Assembly (NCBI GenBank): GCA_012295275.1 | Contig: CM022667.1 | Coordinates: 10,478,001 to 10,542,000, forward strand | Direction: 5' to 3' | DNA length: 64,000 nt | DNA from: Chrysomallon squamiferum | Lineage: Eukaryota > Animalia > Mollusca | Shown: one piece after another, positions 48,165-64,000 of the stretch | Layout: the number at the start of each line of letters is the position of its first letter | Position numbering within the stretch: the stretch's first letter is position 1 | Made by a program: the position numbers and the translations under genes | The notes under the pieces: generated by a model | Database searches by the model: none | Told to the model about the DNA's origin: nothing | Seen by the model: the letters and a program-made list of their open reading frames with translations, nothing else

Positions 48165-50734
48165 CATTATTAAAATTATCATTATTATTATTATTATTAT
48201 TATTATTAATATTTCTTTATAAATTGCCATGATACTTACATACATACCAAAGACAATGTATACACGTCAACTCACACACACACACATATCGAGGGATGTT
48301 ATGTTATATGATTATGTAAGAACAGATGTTCTTTTTAAGAAAAGTGTTTTTACTATTTATGCATGCATAATATTGTATGGGTCCCTATGTGTGTGTATAT
48401 ATATATATCTATGTACAATGTATGTAGGTGTATGACGATCTGTACGTATGTGTGTGCGTGTGTGTTCTATGTATGTAAGCAGGTATATGTGTATATATAT
48501 ATATAGGTATGTATATATGTATGTATGTATGCATGCATGTACGTTTGTATGTATATAGATATCTCTAAATGCACCTGTATTTATTTATTTGTCTGTTTAT
48601 TATACTTAATATGTGGCTATGTATTAACTACTAGGCAAATTTTTTAACATTCGGACTTTGGCTTTAATCTAAATCTCTTGTTAATGATAAGCAATGTTTG
48701 TTTGCGTGTCCAGCAGGCACAAATCATTCTCGATCGCTTTTCAACATGCAGAAGGAAGAAAAATACGCCAGATGAATTTACTGATAACAAGAAAGAAACC
48801 TGGTTTAAGTTATTTGAGAAATTCGGTGACAGTTAAAATTAATGCTTCAATGGTTACTAAATATGGTAAATATGTTAGTGATATGTTTCAAAATGCGTAG
48901 TTGGACAAAGAAAATGGATTTTTTTTTTTTATATATATATAATTTGCTGATTTATTTTTTGCTTAATTTTATTTCACTTTATTCTTTATTTACTGTTTCA
49001 GAATAACATAAAAATAAATACGTAAAATAAATATTTCTACGTTTTTGAGACAATATACTTTTATCTATCAAAATATGAATAATCCACAATGCGTTTAATG
49101 TCCAGTCTAATGCACTTTTGTATTCATTTCACAAATATATTTGTGGAACCCTACACATACGTCAGTACGCATGCGACAGAATAATTATTTGTCGGCAAGG
49201 GTAAAATAACAATAACACGGTTATATTACAAGTTGGCCTACATTTTAACTAGTTTGAACGGGTGTCGTTTTGGTATATTGCTCGAGATATATCCAGGGAC
49301 CAGATCATTTAGTGTACAAGAAGGCGTCGACTCTCTTCTTTTCTTTTTTCTTCTTCAACGTCTTCTGCACGCTTTGATAAACTGTAACAACAACGTGATC
49401 GAAGCAGTTTTCTGACTGATTACTAATAATTTTAGGTATATTAAATAAATAAATAAATAAATAAATTAGACAAACAAACAAAACAAAATCAAACAAACAG
49501 AAACAAACAAGTACAGGTGCATATATTTTAGTTATACATATATACATTCATACATACACACATACATACATATATATATTTTTTTTTTTCATATATACAA
49601 TTAATTCAGACGTACCTGAATACATACACGTATAGCGTCATGAATAAAATGTTTTATTATTCAGATTGTTAGATCTTTACTAAAACTTTGTAGGGAGGGA
49701 TGATGACAGAGAGAAAAGAAGGAAGATGACGAGGTGGGGTGATGGAAAGTTTAAAAACAAAGTAAATAAATACTAATGTGTTTGATTATGCATAATGAAT
49801 AATACAGATCACACTTCCCTCTTTCCTTTTCTTTTTTCTCCTTGTTATTTGTTTTTAAAAATTCCTTTGTTTCATTGCAGTGCATGAACCTGAGTTGACA
49901 TAAACAAATTTATCATGGGTTCAAATGCAAACATGTAGCACTGTTAAAAAGGTTTTAAAAAATTAAATGTATTTTTCAACAAGTCATTAAAATGATAATA
50001 ATAATAAAAAAAAAAAATAAATAAAAAGCCAAAACCAAACAAAACCAAAACAATCACACAAAAATAAAAAAAAAAATAATAATAATAATAACAAAAAGAG
50101 ATAAAAACAGTTATTAATAATAAAAAAAATAAAAAAATCCTTTTCTAACTCTTCGATTAGACTTCAGCTCACGGTCAAACAGATAAGGACACAGAACATT
50201 TTCGTTGTGTGTAGGGGTGGTATTCGATTAGCAGAAAACGATCTTTTATATTCACCTTACCAAAGACAAGTTAGCACATACAAGTTAAGTAGACATAGGA
50301 AAGTGGTTAGAATGGGAAATTGCCCATTTGGCAAAACTTTGAAGACTGAAGTGTCACGTACCAGTTCAGCGCTCTAACACCGAGCTACAGTTTTTGTTGT
50401 TGTTTTGTTTCGTTGTAATAAAATAAATAACATTTACGTTCGTTGACTATATAAAAATAAATAAATAAACAAAACAACGTTTTTCGTGTAATGTATTTTA
50501 TTATTATTATTATTATTATTATTTTCTTGTTAAATATAGTGCTTTTCTGGAAATAATGAAAATATTTATTAACCAAAACAGCCGTTCGTTCTCTTTTGAT
50601 ACGTCTTGTATTTAGGTTACAATGGGAAGAAAATGGCTCATATAATAATTTCAGATAATTCTTCTTGGCTAAGTAATGCAAGGGAAATAACCGCATAGTA
50701 ACTCTAATAAGAAAATCAAAACTCGCTCTGAAAA

Positions 50735-50807
<73 letters not shown>

Positions 50808-51139
50808 GAATTAATTATAAAACCGAAACCAAAAAGCCAATTTAATTAATTAATTAATTAATAATAAAATAAATAAATAATTAAATTTTATTTGCAAATA
50901 TAAATTTATTTGGTTAAAAAATATGAATAATTAATTATCAACAGTGAAGTTTAAGATTATTAGTTGAGAATATTCAGCTTTCGATTCAAAATAAAAATTT
51001 TGTCTCCAAAAACAAAGACTTATAATAGGGTTGTCTCCCTTTACTATCTATACTCTATTTACGATCTGTAAGATAAATTCAGTTTGTAAATTAAACGAAG
51101 GTTGTTTCGAAGTCTAGTAGGGTATCGGTTGTCTCCCTT

Positions 51140-53131
<1,992 letters not shown>

Positions 53132-53780
53132 CTATAATAAAATTAACCACACAGATGCAGCCAATACAGTAACATATAATTCAATAGCAAAATTTTAAAG
53201 AGTTTTCCAGCTATGTGAACTGATAGCTGCATATATTATTTGTGAACCGTCAATTTCATTTCATAATACAATTTCATATTTATCATTAGATGCGAAATTA
53301 CGGATGCATTTCTTTCACTGACCAAAGAAGAAAAATAAAAAGAAGAAGAAAAGATTGTTACACATTACAGTTCACACGGCAGTATTGTTTTGCTATGTTT
53401 TACTTACGTGGCCCGTTTTAGTTTTATAAATGAAATTTGAATTTAATAGCATATTTTTACTGTGAATAAAGAAAACAAAAGGACCTGTGCAAATTTTGCA
53501 AAATAATTTGTGCAAATTAATTATTGGTAAAGAAAATATTTAATACTGTATCTTATTAATTATAATTTTTTTTTTAAATGTATATATATATATTTTTTTT
53601 TTTTTTAATTTTATTTTGTAAAGTCTGATTAACATAGCTAAACGAAAATACTGAAACAGAAGTAAACAGATATAGAACTGGTTAATATTTATCTAATAAA
53701 CAAATAAACAAACAAACAAACAAGTAACCAATTAAATAAATGTGGTCAGATCTGCATAACGTATTTTCAGTACTTTTCAG

Positions 53781-54144
53781 TGTGAAAAACAGAACGGTTT
53801 CCTATTTATACGAAGTGCTTACAGATGCGATTGCCGTCAAGGTTTCGAATACCAACATGCAGACGGCAAGTTCTGGATCGATGGATCTCTTTTAGAATTG
53901 GAATGGGAAAAGAAACAGCGGGGACTATTCAGCAGGTAAATGAAGACAACAGAAATACTACTAGACTTCGAAACAACCTTCGTTTACTTTAACAACAGAA
54001 TTTATATTACAGATCGTAAATACAGGTAAAGGGAAACAACTCTTTTTTTTTCTTTTTTTTTTTTTTTTTTTGCGAGAGAAAATTATTATTTTGAAATTAA
54101 CAACTGTATAATACCAGCTAATAATCTTAAGTTAAGTAAATAAA

Positions 54145-54189
<45 letters not shown>

Positions 54190-54485
54190 TATAATTTAAA
54201 AAAATGTAAAATATATTTTCCAAGATGTTTTTGCTAGGGGAAATTTCTCGATCATATCTTTGTTATTAGCAAAGTTTGAGTCTTGTTCTTGTCTATCTTT
54301 GTTAGCAGTACATTCCTTTTTTCTTTCTATTTTTTTTTTCTCTATTAAATATCACTAACAAGTTTACGAAATGTATTTAGTTCATATTATTTGTGAAGCC
54401 AAATGTGAACATATAAAAGGTATTATTTGTTTTATTTTACTTTATTTTATTTTTATTTAATTTTCGATTTATTTCTTTTTATTAC

Positions 54486-54540
<55 letters not shown>

Positions 54541-54765
54541 TTAAATACTTTATTTTGTTTTATTAATTTTATTTTGTTTATTTGTCATTTATCTTTTTTT
54601 ATTAATTTGGTTGTTTATTCGATTTTAATTTTATACATGTATTGTATTCTCAGATTTGATTTACAGAACTGTCGTACTCCGGTAACAGAATCAGTTACTG
54701 TGTTTTCTAATCAGTTACAAATCACATGGCTAGCGTTGACCTTGACATTAATACTGACGTCATAA
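53781..54765 (+). pseudogene. Orphan exons 6 (53781-53935) and 7 (54654-54765) of the GPR158-ectodomain gene, with intact frame and splice sites
   Basis: Exon 6 reads CEKQNGFLFIRSAYRCDCRQGFEY...GLFSR and exon 7 reads FDLQNCRTPVTESVTVFSNQLQITWLALTLTLILTS*. They are followed by 3'UTR homology. No adjacent exons 1-5 lie in the same orientation. Confidence 0.8.
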
Positions 54766-55366
54766 CAGTCACTTATGATCGAAGAGTATGGCAAGTTTTA
54801 ATCATTATTCCAACTGTAAGAAATTCATTTGTGCAAACGTTCAGTGATGCAATACTTAGATAATTATATACTGTAATGAGATTATAACTAATTGTTTAAT
54901 CTTAACTCGACCTTGACTTGACCTTCACGTTCATTGGCGTTCGTCTGTTACGTTATGAACGTCTTCAAGCAGATCTGTCGTCAAAACAGCTATTGTTTTT
55001 GAACACAAATCATTCACCTAATGAGTTATTGGTTATTTTGTTACGTACTTCCATCACAAAAACAAAGTATTATTCTGCTAATCGAAGATTATCCCATCTG
55101 AAACCCACACACGTTTCCTGTCTCCTTTCCTTACTTGGTTGACATTAGACTGAAGTCTAATCGAAGAGTCAAAAAAATATATTATTATTAATATTTTCCT
55201 CTTTTTATAATTTTTTTTTTTTTTTTTTTATCTTTTTATTTTATTTTATTTCTTATTTCTTTTCTTTTTTTGTGATTGTTTTTGTTTTGTTTGTTTGTTT
55301 GTTTTGTTTTGTTTTGTTTGTTGGGTTTTTTGTTGGTTTTTTTAATGTCTCGTTGAAAAAATACAC

Positions 55367-56521
55367 TTTTTCTTATGTCCGTACTCTTTCAGCGTTAAAG
55401 TGATACATTTAGTTGGTCTTCAGTTAAAAAGCTCATCATTATTTATACAAAATATTTTGTAGAAGTATTAGGAATTAATCTTCATGTGATATAGTTTCAT
55501 GAATAAAATGTTTTATTATTCAAATTTTTAGATCTTTGCTAAAACTTTATAGGGAGGGATAAGGACAGAGAAAAGAAGGAAGATGACGAGGTGGGGGATG
55601 GAAAGTTTAGAAAGAAGTAAATAAATACTAATATGTTTGATCATGCGTAATGAAAAATACAGATAATGGTGCCTTCTTTTTTTTTTTTTTTTTTTTTTTT
55701 TTTCTCCTTGTCATTAGTGAATAAAAATAAAAATAGAGAAATTCCATTCCTTTGTTTCAGTGCATGTCAAACTCTAGGTTAGTGCAGTAAACTAGTGCAT
55801 GGGTTCATATGCAAACTTGTTGTACTAATTTTAAAAAAAGATAAACATTTTTTTTAAATTTAATTTTATAAAAAGATATTAATAAACAAAAAAAGTAATA
55901 ATATCAATGAGAAACAAGGCCAAAAACAACAAAACAAAAATAAATAAATAAATAATAAATAAATAAAATAAAATAAATAAATAAGAGTTAAACAAAAAAA
56001 CAGACAAAAAAAATCATTTTTTAAACATTCAATTAAACAATGATCGTTTGCAGAAATGCATTTGTTACAGTCGGATTAATGATTAAAACTTGCCTCACTC
56101 TTCGATCATGAGTGACTGTTATGACGTCAGTATTAACGTCAAGGTCAATGCTAATCATGTGATTTATAACTGATTAGATAACACAGTAACTGATTGTGCT
56201 CCCGAAATGCGACATTTCAGTAAATCAAATCTGAAAATATAAAAATATAATACACATATAAAATTAAAATCGAAGAAAAAAAAAATAATAATAACAAAAA
56301 AAAAACCCCCAAAACCAAAGAAACAAATTAATAAAAAAAGATAAATAAAAAACAAACAAAATAAAACTAATAAAACAAAATAAGGTATTTAAATAAATAA
56401 ATAAATAAATGATATGATATGATATGATATGATATAACGAAGATAACTGGGAAAATATATTTTATAATAAAAATTCATTTTAGTAGTAATAGTAATGATA
56501 ACGATGACGATGACGATAACG

Positions 56522-56585
<64 letters not shown>

Positions 56586-57477
56586 TGTATTTTGTAAAAT
56601 AGTTAAAGAATATATTATTAAATCTTTAAATAATTTATGGTTTATTGAGGAACGTGTTTTTGTACTGAAAGAACGACGCAATGAACATGAATTTATTGCC
56701 CTTATTATGTCACATTTTAAGAACAACAAAGTAACAAATTTCAACACCAAAGTGCAGACAAATACACCACTGTCAGATGTTTTATATTAGACGTAAGCCA
56801 GGAAAATAAATTTCCTGTTCGGCCTTGAAGCACAACTGTTATTGGTGATTGAAAACGAAAACAGCAGAACATTTTCTCTTTACCAATACAACAAGTTTGC
56901 ATATGAACCCATGCACTAGTTTACTACACTAAGCTAGAGTTTGACACGCTCTGAAACAAAGGAAAGAATTTTCTGCTGAAACATTAAAGCTTTAGGCTGT
57001 AATTTTGTTTTTATTCACTAATGACAAGGAAAAAAAAAAAAAAAAAAAAAAAAGGAAACAAGGCAGCATGATTCTTCATTAAGCATGATCAAACATATTA
57101 GTATTTATTTACTTCTTTTTAAATTTTCCATAACCCACCTCCTCATCTTCCTTCTTTTCTCTGTCCTAATCCCTCCCTATAAAGTTTTAGCAAAGATCTA
57201 ACAATTTGAATAATAAAACATTTTTTATTCATCAAACTATATCATGTGAAGAATAATTCCTAATACTTCTAGAAAATATTTTGTACAAATAATGATAAGC
57301 TTTTTAAATTAAGACCAGGCTAAATGTATTACTTAAGTGCAAAAAGTGTAGAGACATAAGAAAAGTTTTTTTTTTTTTTTTCCTTTTATCGATAAATATT
57401 AACTAATACCCCGCATATCATCATTTCTGTGAAGCTGATGTCATCTACAAATGAACTATTGTTGTACAAATTGTCAC

Positions 57478-57518
<41 letters not shown>

Positions 57519-58105
57519 CATCAGTTATCTGAACAACAACAAAGAAGATAAGAACGTTAAGTAATAATGTACTATAAATTATCCACTTGTGTTCAAAGAA
57601 ATATATCTGTTTTACTCGTTTATTTCGGAACTTAATATTAAATAAACTTCTTCTTAATTGTTCCTAATATGTTTTGTAGTAAATTAAATGCTAAGGTTCT
57701 TATAAATATTCATATCGCGTGCTTTCTCTAACCGAAAGATACAACGACGACTACAAAAAGTTATTCACGACAAATAGGGGCTCCAGCTCATCAAAGCCAG
57801 TCTTACGTAAATTCTGTCAAGTTACGAACAGCTTCCGTGTACGCACTAGGCCACGAGAATTGACTTACAGTTTTCCGTCAGCCTATCGAAACTATACAAA
57901 CATATGTGTGTGTTTATTTGCGTGTTGTGTATGTCATATTTACAGATTATTTTCGAGTGTTAGGATAGAAATAAATATCGTCATTTGACAACTGGGGGCT
58001 ACTTATTAGTTTACATTATTGTTGAGTGGGTGTTTCGGTATTTAATTATAAATAAATAAATGGTTTTCAAATTTCATATCGGTGGCAAAGTTCTTTCATT
58101 TCTTC

Positions 58106-58159
<54 letters not shown>

Positions 58160-58500
58160 TTAAAATTTTGCGGGGCAGTTTTTGTCAAATTTCATGAATA
58201 ATGAAGCGTTTTTGTCTTCTGAATATTGAAATTCAATACGATAGTTCTGTTTCAAGCCCAAACAGGAAATTTATTTTCCTGGCCTACGTCTAATATAAAA
58301 CATCTGACAGTGGTGTATTTGTCTGCACTTTGCTGTTGAAATTTGTTACTTTGTTGTTCTTAAAATGTGACATAATAAGGGCAATAAATTCATGTTCATT
58401 GCGTCGTTCTTTCAGTACAAAAACACGTTCCTCAATAAAGCATAAATCATTTAAAGATTTAATAATATATTCTTAAACTATTTTACAAAATACATCTTTA
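55367..58500. repeat. Interleaved inverted repeats: about 55367-55820 with 56891-57366, and about 56584-56830 with 58250-58496
   Basis: Reverse-complement matches were read directly. The first pair is also homologous to about 46930-47340 and 49640-49950. Confidence 0.8.
56119..56230 (-). pseudogene. Inverted pseudo-exon 7 with premature stops
   Basis: Reads FDLLKCRISGAQSVTVLSNQL then TAA; the Trp codon is also changed to TGA. The acceptor TTTCAG is retained. Confidence 0.85.
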
Positions 58501-58919
58501 TTATTATTGTTATTATTATTATTATCGTCATCGTCACCATCATCACCATCGTCATTATGATCATTACCATAACTACTAAAATGATTTTTTATTATAAAAG
58601 AAAACTAGCAATTAAGTTCATTGTATTATATTATAGTACATCATATCATATCATATCATTTTATATTACATTAACTTTTTATGTTATATTATATTATATT
58701 ATATTATATTATATTATATTATATTATATTATTTATTTATTTATTTATTTATTTATTATTTATTTATTTCCTAATAATACTTAACAGAAAACACACAGTG
58801 ATGATTCAGCAGAATTCATTCATCATTCAAAACGAAATTTTGCTACTTTAATGTCCTCGCAAAGGCCTTTGATATACTATTGATATACAACAACAAAGAA
58901 GAAAGAAAGAAAAAAAAAA

Positions 58920-59249
58920 GGATCGACCCGAAGTACTAACACGGATGAGCAAGCACTCTAACCACTGAGCCATAAGATTTCAGTTATCTGATTGCTTGAG
59001 TTATGAAAACACACGAGTAAACGAGTTTCATAAACTGCTCACTCGACCGGTTACACTGACCTGAACTCTGAAGAATTTTATAATGTCAAGAGGAAATTTC
59101 TGTCTCACCACACTTGATCACTCTTAAATAGAAAACTCTGTGTCAGTTTGTATAAGACATGCATCAACAAGAACACAATAGACTAGGTAGATTCGAACGC
59201 TCTGACCCGTGCTTGACATCGCTGTAATTAGTAATGATAGCCTTCCTTT
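58920..59249 (+). repeat. Direct duplicate of 47651-47980, including a second SINE-head copy (58920-58973, minus strand)
   Basis: Near-identical sequence. The segment 48570-48850 is likewise repeated at about 60510-60830. Confidence 0.85.
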
Positions 59250-59712
59250 GTTTTCTTTTCTTTTTTTTTTTTTTCTATTTTCTTTTTTCTTTTTCTTTGT
59301 TTTTTTTTTTTTTTCATCAGAAAATTGTCAAACGTGAACTATGTACTTTTATATGTATTTTTTTTCACAAATATAGAAACGTTCACAAGTAAGCAGACAC
59401 CCGCAGACACACACAGATATATAGACGAATACACACACACAGACATACACACACACACACACACACAGGCACACACACAAATGCACATACACACGCACAT
59501 ACACGCATGTTGGGCCCTTACTTATGGTTTCTTTTAACATAATTTATAAACCATTTTAATTTCACAAACCCTAATCGGGCCTCTGTCAATAATCGGTACC
59601 AGAGAAAGAGTGACATATCAAGTTAATGTACACTTATTAATAACAGTTTATACAAGTTATAAACTATTCACTACGTCATAGAAATTATAAATCACCGTCG
59701 TATTTCATATGT

Positions 59713-59940
59713 ACACGTAAAAACGCTTTGACGTAATTGTTATTGTCTTGTCATTCTCAACATAATTAACAAAAGCTCAGATCATTTTAATTTTTTTTTT
59801 TTTTTTATTATTATTTTTTTTTTATTTTGACACGTAAAAACGCTTTGACGTAATTGTTACTGTCTCGTCATTCTCAACATAATTAACAAAAGCTCAGAAC
59901 ATTTTAATTTTTTTTTTCATTATTTTTTTTTTTTTTTTTG
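59713..59940. repeat. Tandem duplication of about 117 bp bounded by poly-T
   Basis: ACACGTAAAAACGCTTTGACGTAATTGTTA...AAAGCTCAGA.CATTTTAA occurs at 59713 and 59830. Confidence 0.9.
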
Positions 59941-60273
59941 ACATATTTTTCCGTTCCACCCAGTGCTCCGCGGCTAATTCATCGAAAGCTACGGTTTGAA
60001 GGTGTTCGTAAAAAAAAAAAAAAAAAATGTTCTTCTTCCTCTGTCGTATCTTTTCCCTGTCTGCCTTCAAAAATACATTCTCAGAATTTGGTTTAAGTTT
60101 TGGGATTTTCTCTATAGCCTAATGTAATATTATATAATTACATAAGTACAGATGTATTTGTTTTGGGAAAAGTAAATATGTACGTAAGCATGCGTAACAT
60201 TTGTGTGTCTGTGTATGCGTACTTGGGTGTATGTATGTATTCATAGGTATGTATTTGTGTCTATGTATGTTTG

Positions 60274-60336
<63 letters not shown>

Positions 60337-61766
60337 GTATGTATTTATATGAATATATGTAAGTTTATATATCTGTGTAAACGTATTTGTATGCATGTAT
60401 GTATGTGTATGTTTATGTTGTATGTATGTAGGTACGTGTGAATTTATGTATATTTGAAAGTATGTATGTATGTGCGTATATATGAATGTATATATGTGTA
60501 ACTAAAATATAGCACCTGTATTTATTTATTTGTTTGTCTGCCTGATTGTTTGTTTGTTGAATTGTTTGTTTGTCTAATTTATTTATTTATTATACCTAAT
60601 ATGTGGCTTTGTATTAACTATTAAATAAATTTTTATTACATTCGGACTTTGGCTTTAACCTAAATCTCTTGTTAATGATAAGCAATGTTTGTTTGCATGT
60701 CCAGCAGGCACAAATCATACTCGATCGCATTTCAAAATCCAGAAGTAAGAAATACGCCAGATGAATTTACTGATAACAAAAAAGAAACCTGGTTTAATTT
60801 GAGAAATTCTGTCAACAATTATAATTTATGCTTGAGTTGTTACGTACGTCATTACTAGAAGCTAGTACATTTGTTAGTGATATGTTTACCAATGTAAAGT
60901 TATATTGTAATTATATCTATGAATAAAGTTATTTAAAGATATGAAAAAAGATATTTCTAAGAACAGAGAAGTTCGTATCATTTTATATGTTAATTACTTC
61001 TTTTTTTGTATTCTTGTGATTACTTAACATTTATGTCAGTGTCAGTAATTTTATTTATTTGTTTGTTTATTTTTTTTATGGTTTTTTATTTTATTTTTTT
61101 TTTTTTTTTTTCGTTGACTATTATTTATTTTGTTTATTTCACTTGTTTATTGTTTATGGGTTTTTTTTTTTTTTTATTATTTACTTATTTTTTATTGGTT
61201 ATATTAATAAGAAAATGTTTTTTTTTTCCTTGCAGACAACAAAACAATCCCATGATTAATTACATAAAAAACGTGACTGGTTGGATTGGGATATAACCCA
61301 AACTGAATGCAAAAAGCCTAGATTAATTGCATATACCACAGTGTATGGAATATTTAGTGTTTACCATAACATAGAAACAGATTTTTCTACGTGTGATTTA
61401 AACAACCATTGTGATACTGCAAGGTGCAAATCATTCAAATTATGACACATGTAACTGTATTCATAAATTATTAGTTCAATTCAACATAACAGTATTTTTT
61501 TTTTTTTTTTTTTACAGTTTCAGCCATAAATATATTCTGCTGGATAAAGTTAGCAAAACATCTGTGGGAAAGTGAAGGTTAAAAAATCTACTTTTATTAG
61601 CCTTCTCGTTAATCCGGCTCTGACAGCAATTCAACCCCTGTTCTCCTAGATAAAGAGCAATTTACCAACAGTAAGCGAATGCTAAACTAAAGAGGATAAA
61701 CGGACTCTAAATACCAGCTCATCACTAAATGAGGGCACGCTTTTATAAACTGGAACACCGAGACAA

Positions 61767-62469
61767 CAATTTCTGTGTAACACTAGCCAGTAAAGAAAAA
61801 TTAGATATGAAGAGAACGAGCAAACCAACGTTGGACCTGCGTGGAGATTGAAAAACAAAGAATCAAGGCCAAAGTTTGAACTACAGAATAAATACTGTCA
61901 TCTTTGTGAAAATTTAAATAAAACGAATACTGAAATTAATGCCGTATTTAGACAAGGTCACTTCATTTTATAAGACGCTGAAGAGAGATTCACAGATGCA
62001 GACTGAACAGTGATAACAGAATTTTTTAAAACATCCTTCAAATTAAGACACCCCGCCGAAATTCAGTCCCGTATGACAGAGCTGCCAATATAATTAATAA
62101 TAAACATATTAAATAATATAAGTTTACTTTCGTGATGGCCATTTTGTCTTTCTGTTATTTTTTTCCTATTATTATTTCTCTATGTTAATATTAGTAGCAT
62201 TCACTTATTAATTTATCATTATATTACTTTATTTATTAAATTACTTTTATTTTAATGATGCTGGGGTTTTTTTTGTGGGGAGGGTTGCTGCATCATATTA
62301 TATACAAATTAAACTAGAAGTACTCGTTGATTTAATACGAACGAATGAAAGTGTATCGATGCGTAAAGCAGAAAAACGGTAACAGGGTACGTACGTTTTA
62401 AAGCAAGTAGCATGATGCATTGTATTTCAATGGCCCGTCGCTTTCAGTATGTCCACAAACGATGATACC
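61767..62469 (+). mobile_element. Insertion of about 700 bp containing a possible decayed RTE-clade LINE fragment (about 61780-62010)
   Basis: It is absent from the homologous site at about 36160. The translation LASKEKLDMKRTSKPTLDL/RLKNKESRPKFELQNKY resembles the RTE linker between endonuclease and reverse transcriptase (KLKLK...LK...F.LELKNRF). Weak. Confidence 0.35.
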
Positions 62470-63743
62470 AAACCATTACAGTTTAGTTAATAACTGTACG
62501 CCCGTCTGCAAACCTTAAAACACATTTTAAAAACAATAAGCTGTATATTTTGAATTAGATTAATGAAAACAAACCGCGAATAGGAACAGATGTTGGTAGG
62601 GTCGTTACACGTCAGAAAACTGCTTCGATCACGTTGTTGTTACAGTTTATCAAAGCGTGCAGAAGACGTTGAAGAAGAAAAAAGAAAAGAAGAGAGTCGA
62701 CGCCTTCTTGTACACTAAATGATCTGGTCCCTGGATATATCTCGAGCAATATACCAAAACGACACCCGTTCAAACTAGTTAAAATGTAGGCCAACTTGTA
62801 ATATAACCGTGTTATTGTTATTTTACCCTTGCCGACAAATAATTATTCTGTCGCATGCGTACTGACGTATGTGTAGGGTTCCACAAATATATTTGTGAAA
62901 TGAATACAAAAGTGCATTAGACTGGACATTAAACGCATTGTGGATTATTCATATTCCAAAGGATAAAAATATATTTTAAAAAAAAAAAAAAAAAAAATGC
63001 TAGTAAGTAGAATTATTTAATTTATGTATTGACTTTTTTTTTTTTTTTTTTCTTGTATTTTCTTATTTGTATTTTACTTTTAACAATTTAGTTTTTATTG
63101 AAACCTGGGGACGGTGGGCTGAACTCTAAATGGCCTCAAATCGTAGCAATGTCTCATTTTTGTTTTCCTACGTGCAAGACGTGTATTAAAAACATAAAAC
63201 GATTTACGAAACTGTTTTCTAAAGATTGTTATGTCAGAATTAATTAGTGTAATCTGGTGGTTTAAATCAGACGTAGGGCATGCAAAAGTCGATGATAAAA
63301 TTTAAGAATTTTATGTTCAAAACGTAAGTTGGCCAAAGAAAATGATTTTTGTTTGTCTGTTTGTTTTAATTTGCTGCTTTATTTTTTGCTTAATTTTATT
63401 TTATTTTAGTTCTTTATATTAAAAAAAAAGAAATGTGCTTGTTTTAAATCCATTTTATTGCATTTATTTTATTTTTTATTTTTGACTTTTTATTATATAC
63501 TGCAAACAAAGACATTTTTGTAATTCATATGTGAAAATTCATTCGGTTGTACTTCATATTCCCAGGTTTTATTCCAAGTACAAACATGTTACTAAATTCA
63601 AATTTCATATATAAAAATAAATCGAGTCGTGAAACAATTTTTTTTTTTTTTGCGTATTTTTTATAATTGCGTAACTAATATCATGGCAAAACAATATTGT
63701 CGGGTGAATTGTAGTTTTATAAAAAAATGTCTTCTTCTTTTTT

Positions 63744-63781
<38 letters not shown>

Positions 63782-64000
63782 ATTCAGTAAGAGAAATGCA
63801 TATTTATATTTGTATTTAAATTTTTATTTTTTTTTATTTTTTTTTTTTGCTTCGATTGGTTAGTACGTTTGCAGCGACGTTTGGATTTATTATTTACAGC
63901 ATAATTATATTTAAAAAATTAAAAAGTTAGACACGTTAATCACTGAATGAGCTATGATTATTTATTTATTCATTCATTTATCTTTTCATTTAGATTACTG

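Noticed and set aside
49233-49415. Identical 60-aa ORF at two loci (also 62612-62794)
   Set aside because: It has a non-ATG start, lies within a recent inverted duplication, and the older homologue at about 36260-36350 is disrupted.

Overview
Eukaryotic, AT-rich, microsatellite-dense genomic DNA with GT-AG introns. It is probably an invertebrate; mollusc-like is an inference. All coordinates, alignments and family assignments were made by eye. From left to right: (1) the 3' end of an SLC10/ASBT-like sodium:bile-acid symporter gene, with an internal compensated frameshift; (2) a complete speriolin-like (SPATC1L-type) gene with two intact paralogous alternative first exons and probably a third degenerate one; (3) two recently duplicated SLC10 genes, one frameshifted and one intact; (4) two intact 7-exon paralogues (about 960 and 933 aa) encoding signal peptide + GPR158/GPR179-type ectodomain (Cache-like + EGF-like) + polybasic linker with furin motifs + second ectodomain + GPI-like tail, with no 7TM domain; (5) about 17 kb of scrambled, partly inverted fragments of the same gene unit, ending in upstream sequence that predicts another copy beyond the window. 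Also present are a Tigger4/Zombi-like MITE, a 948-bp element with terminal inverted repeats (TIRs), tRNA-derived SINE heads and many simple repeats. Most short ORFs in the supplied track are microsatellite or antisense artefacts.
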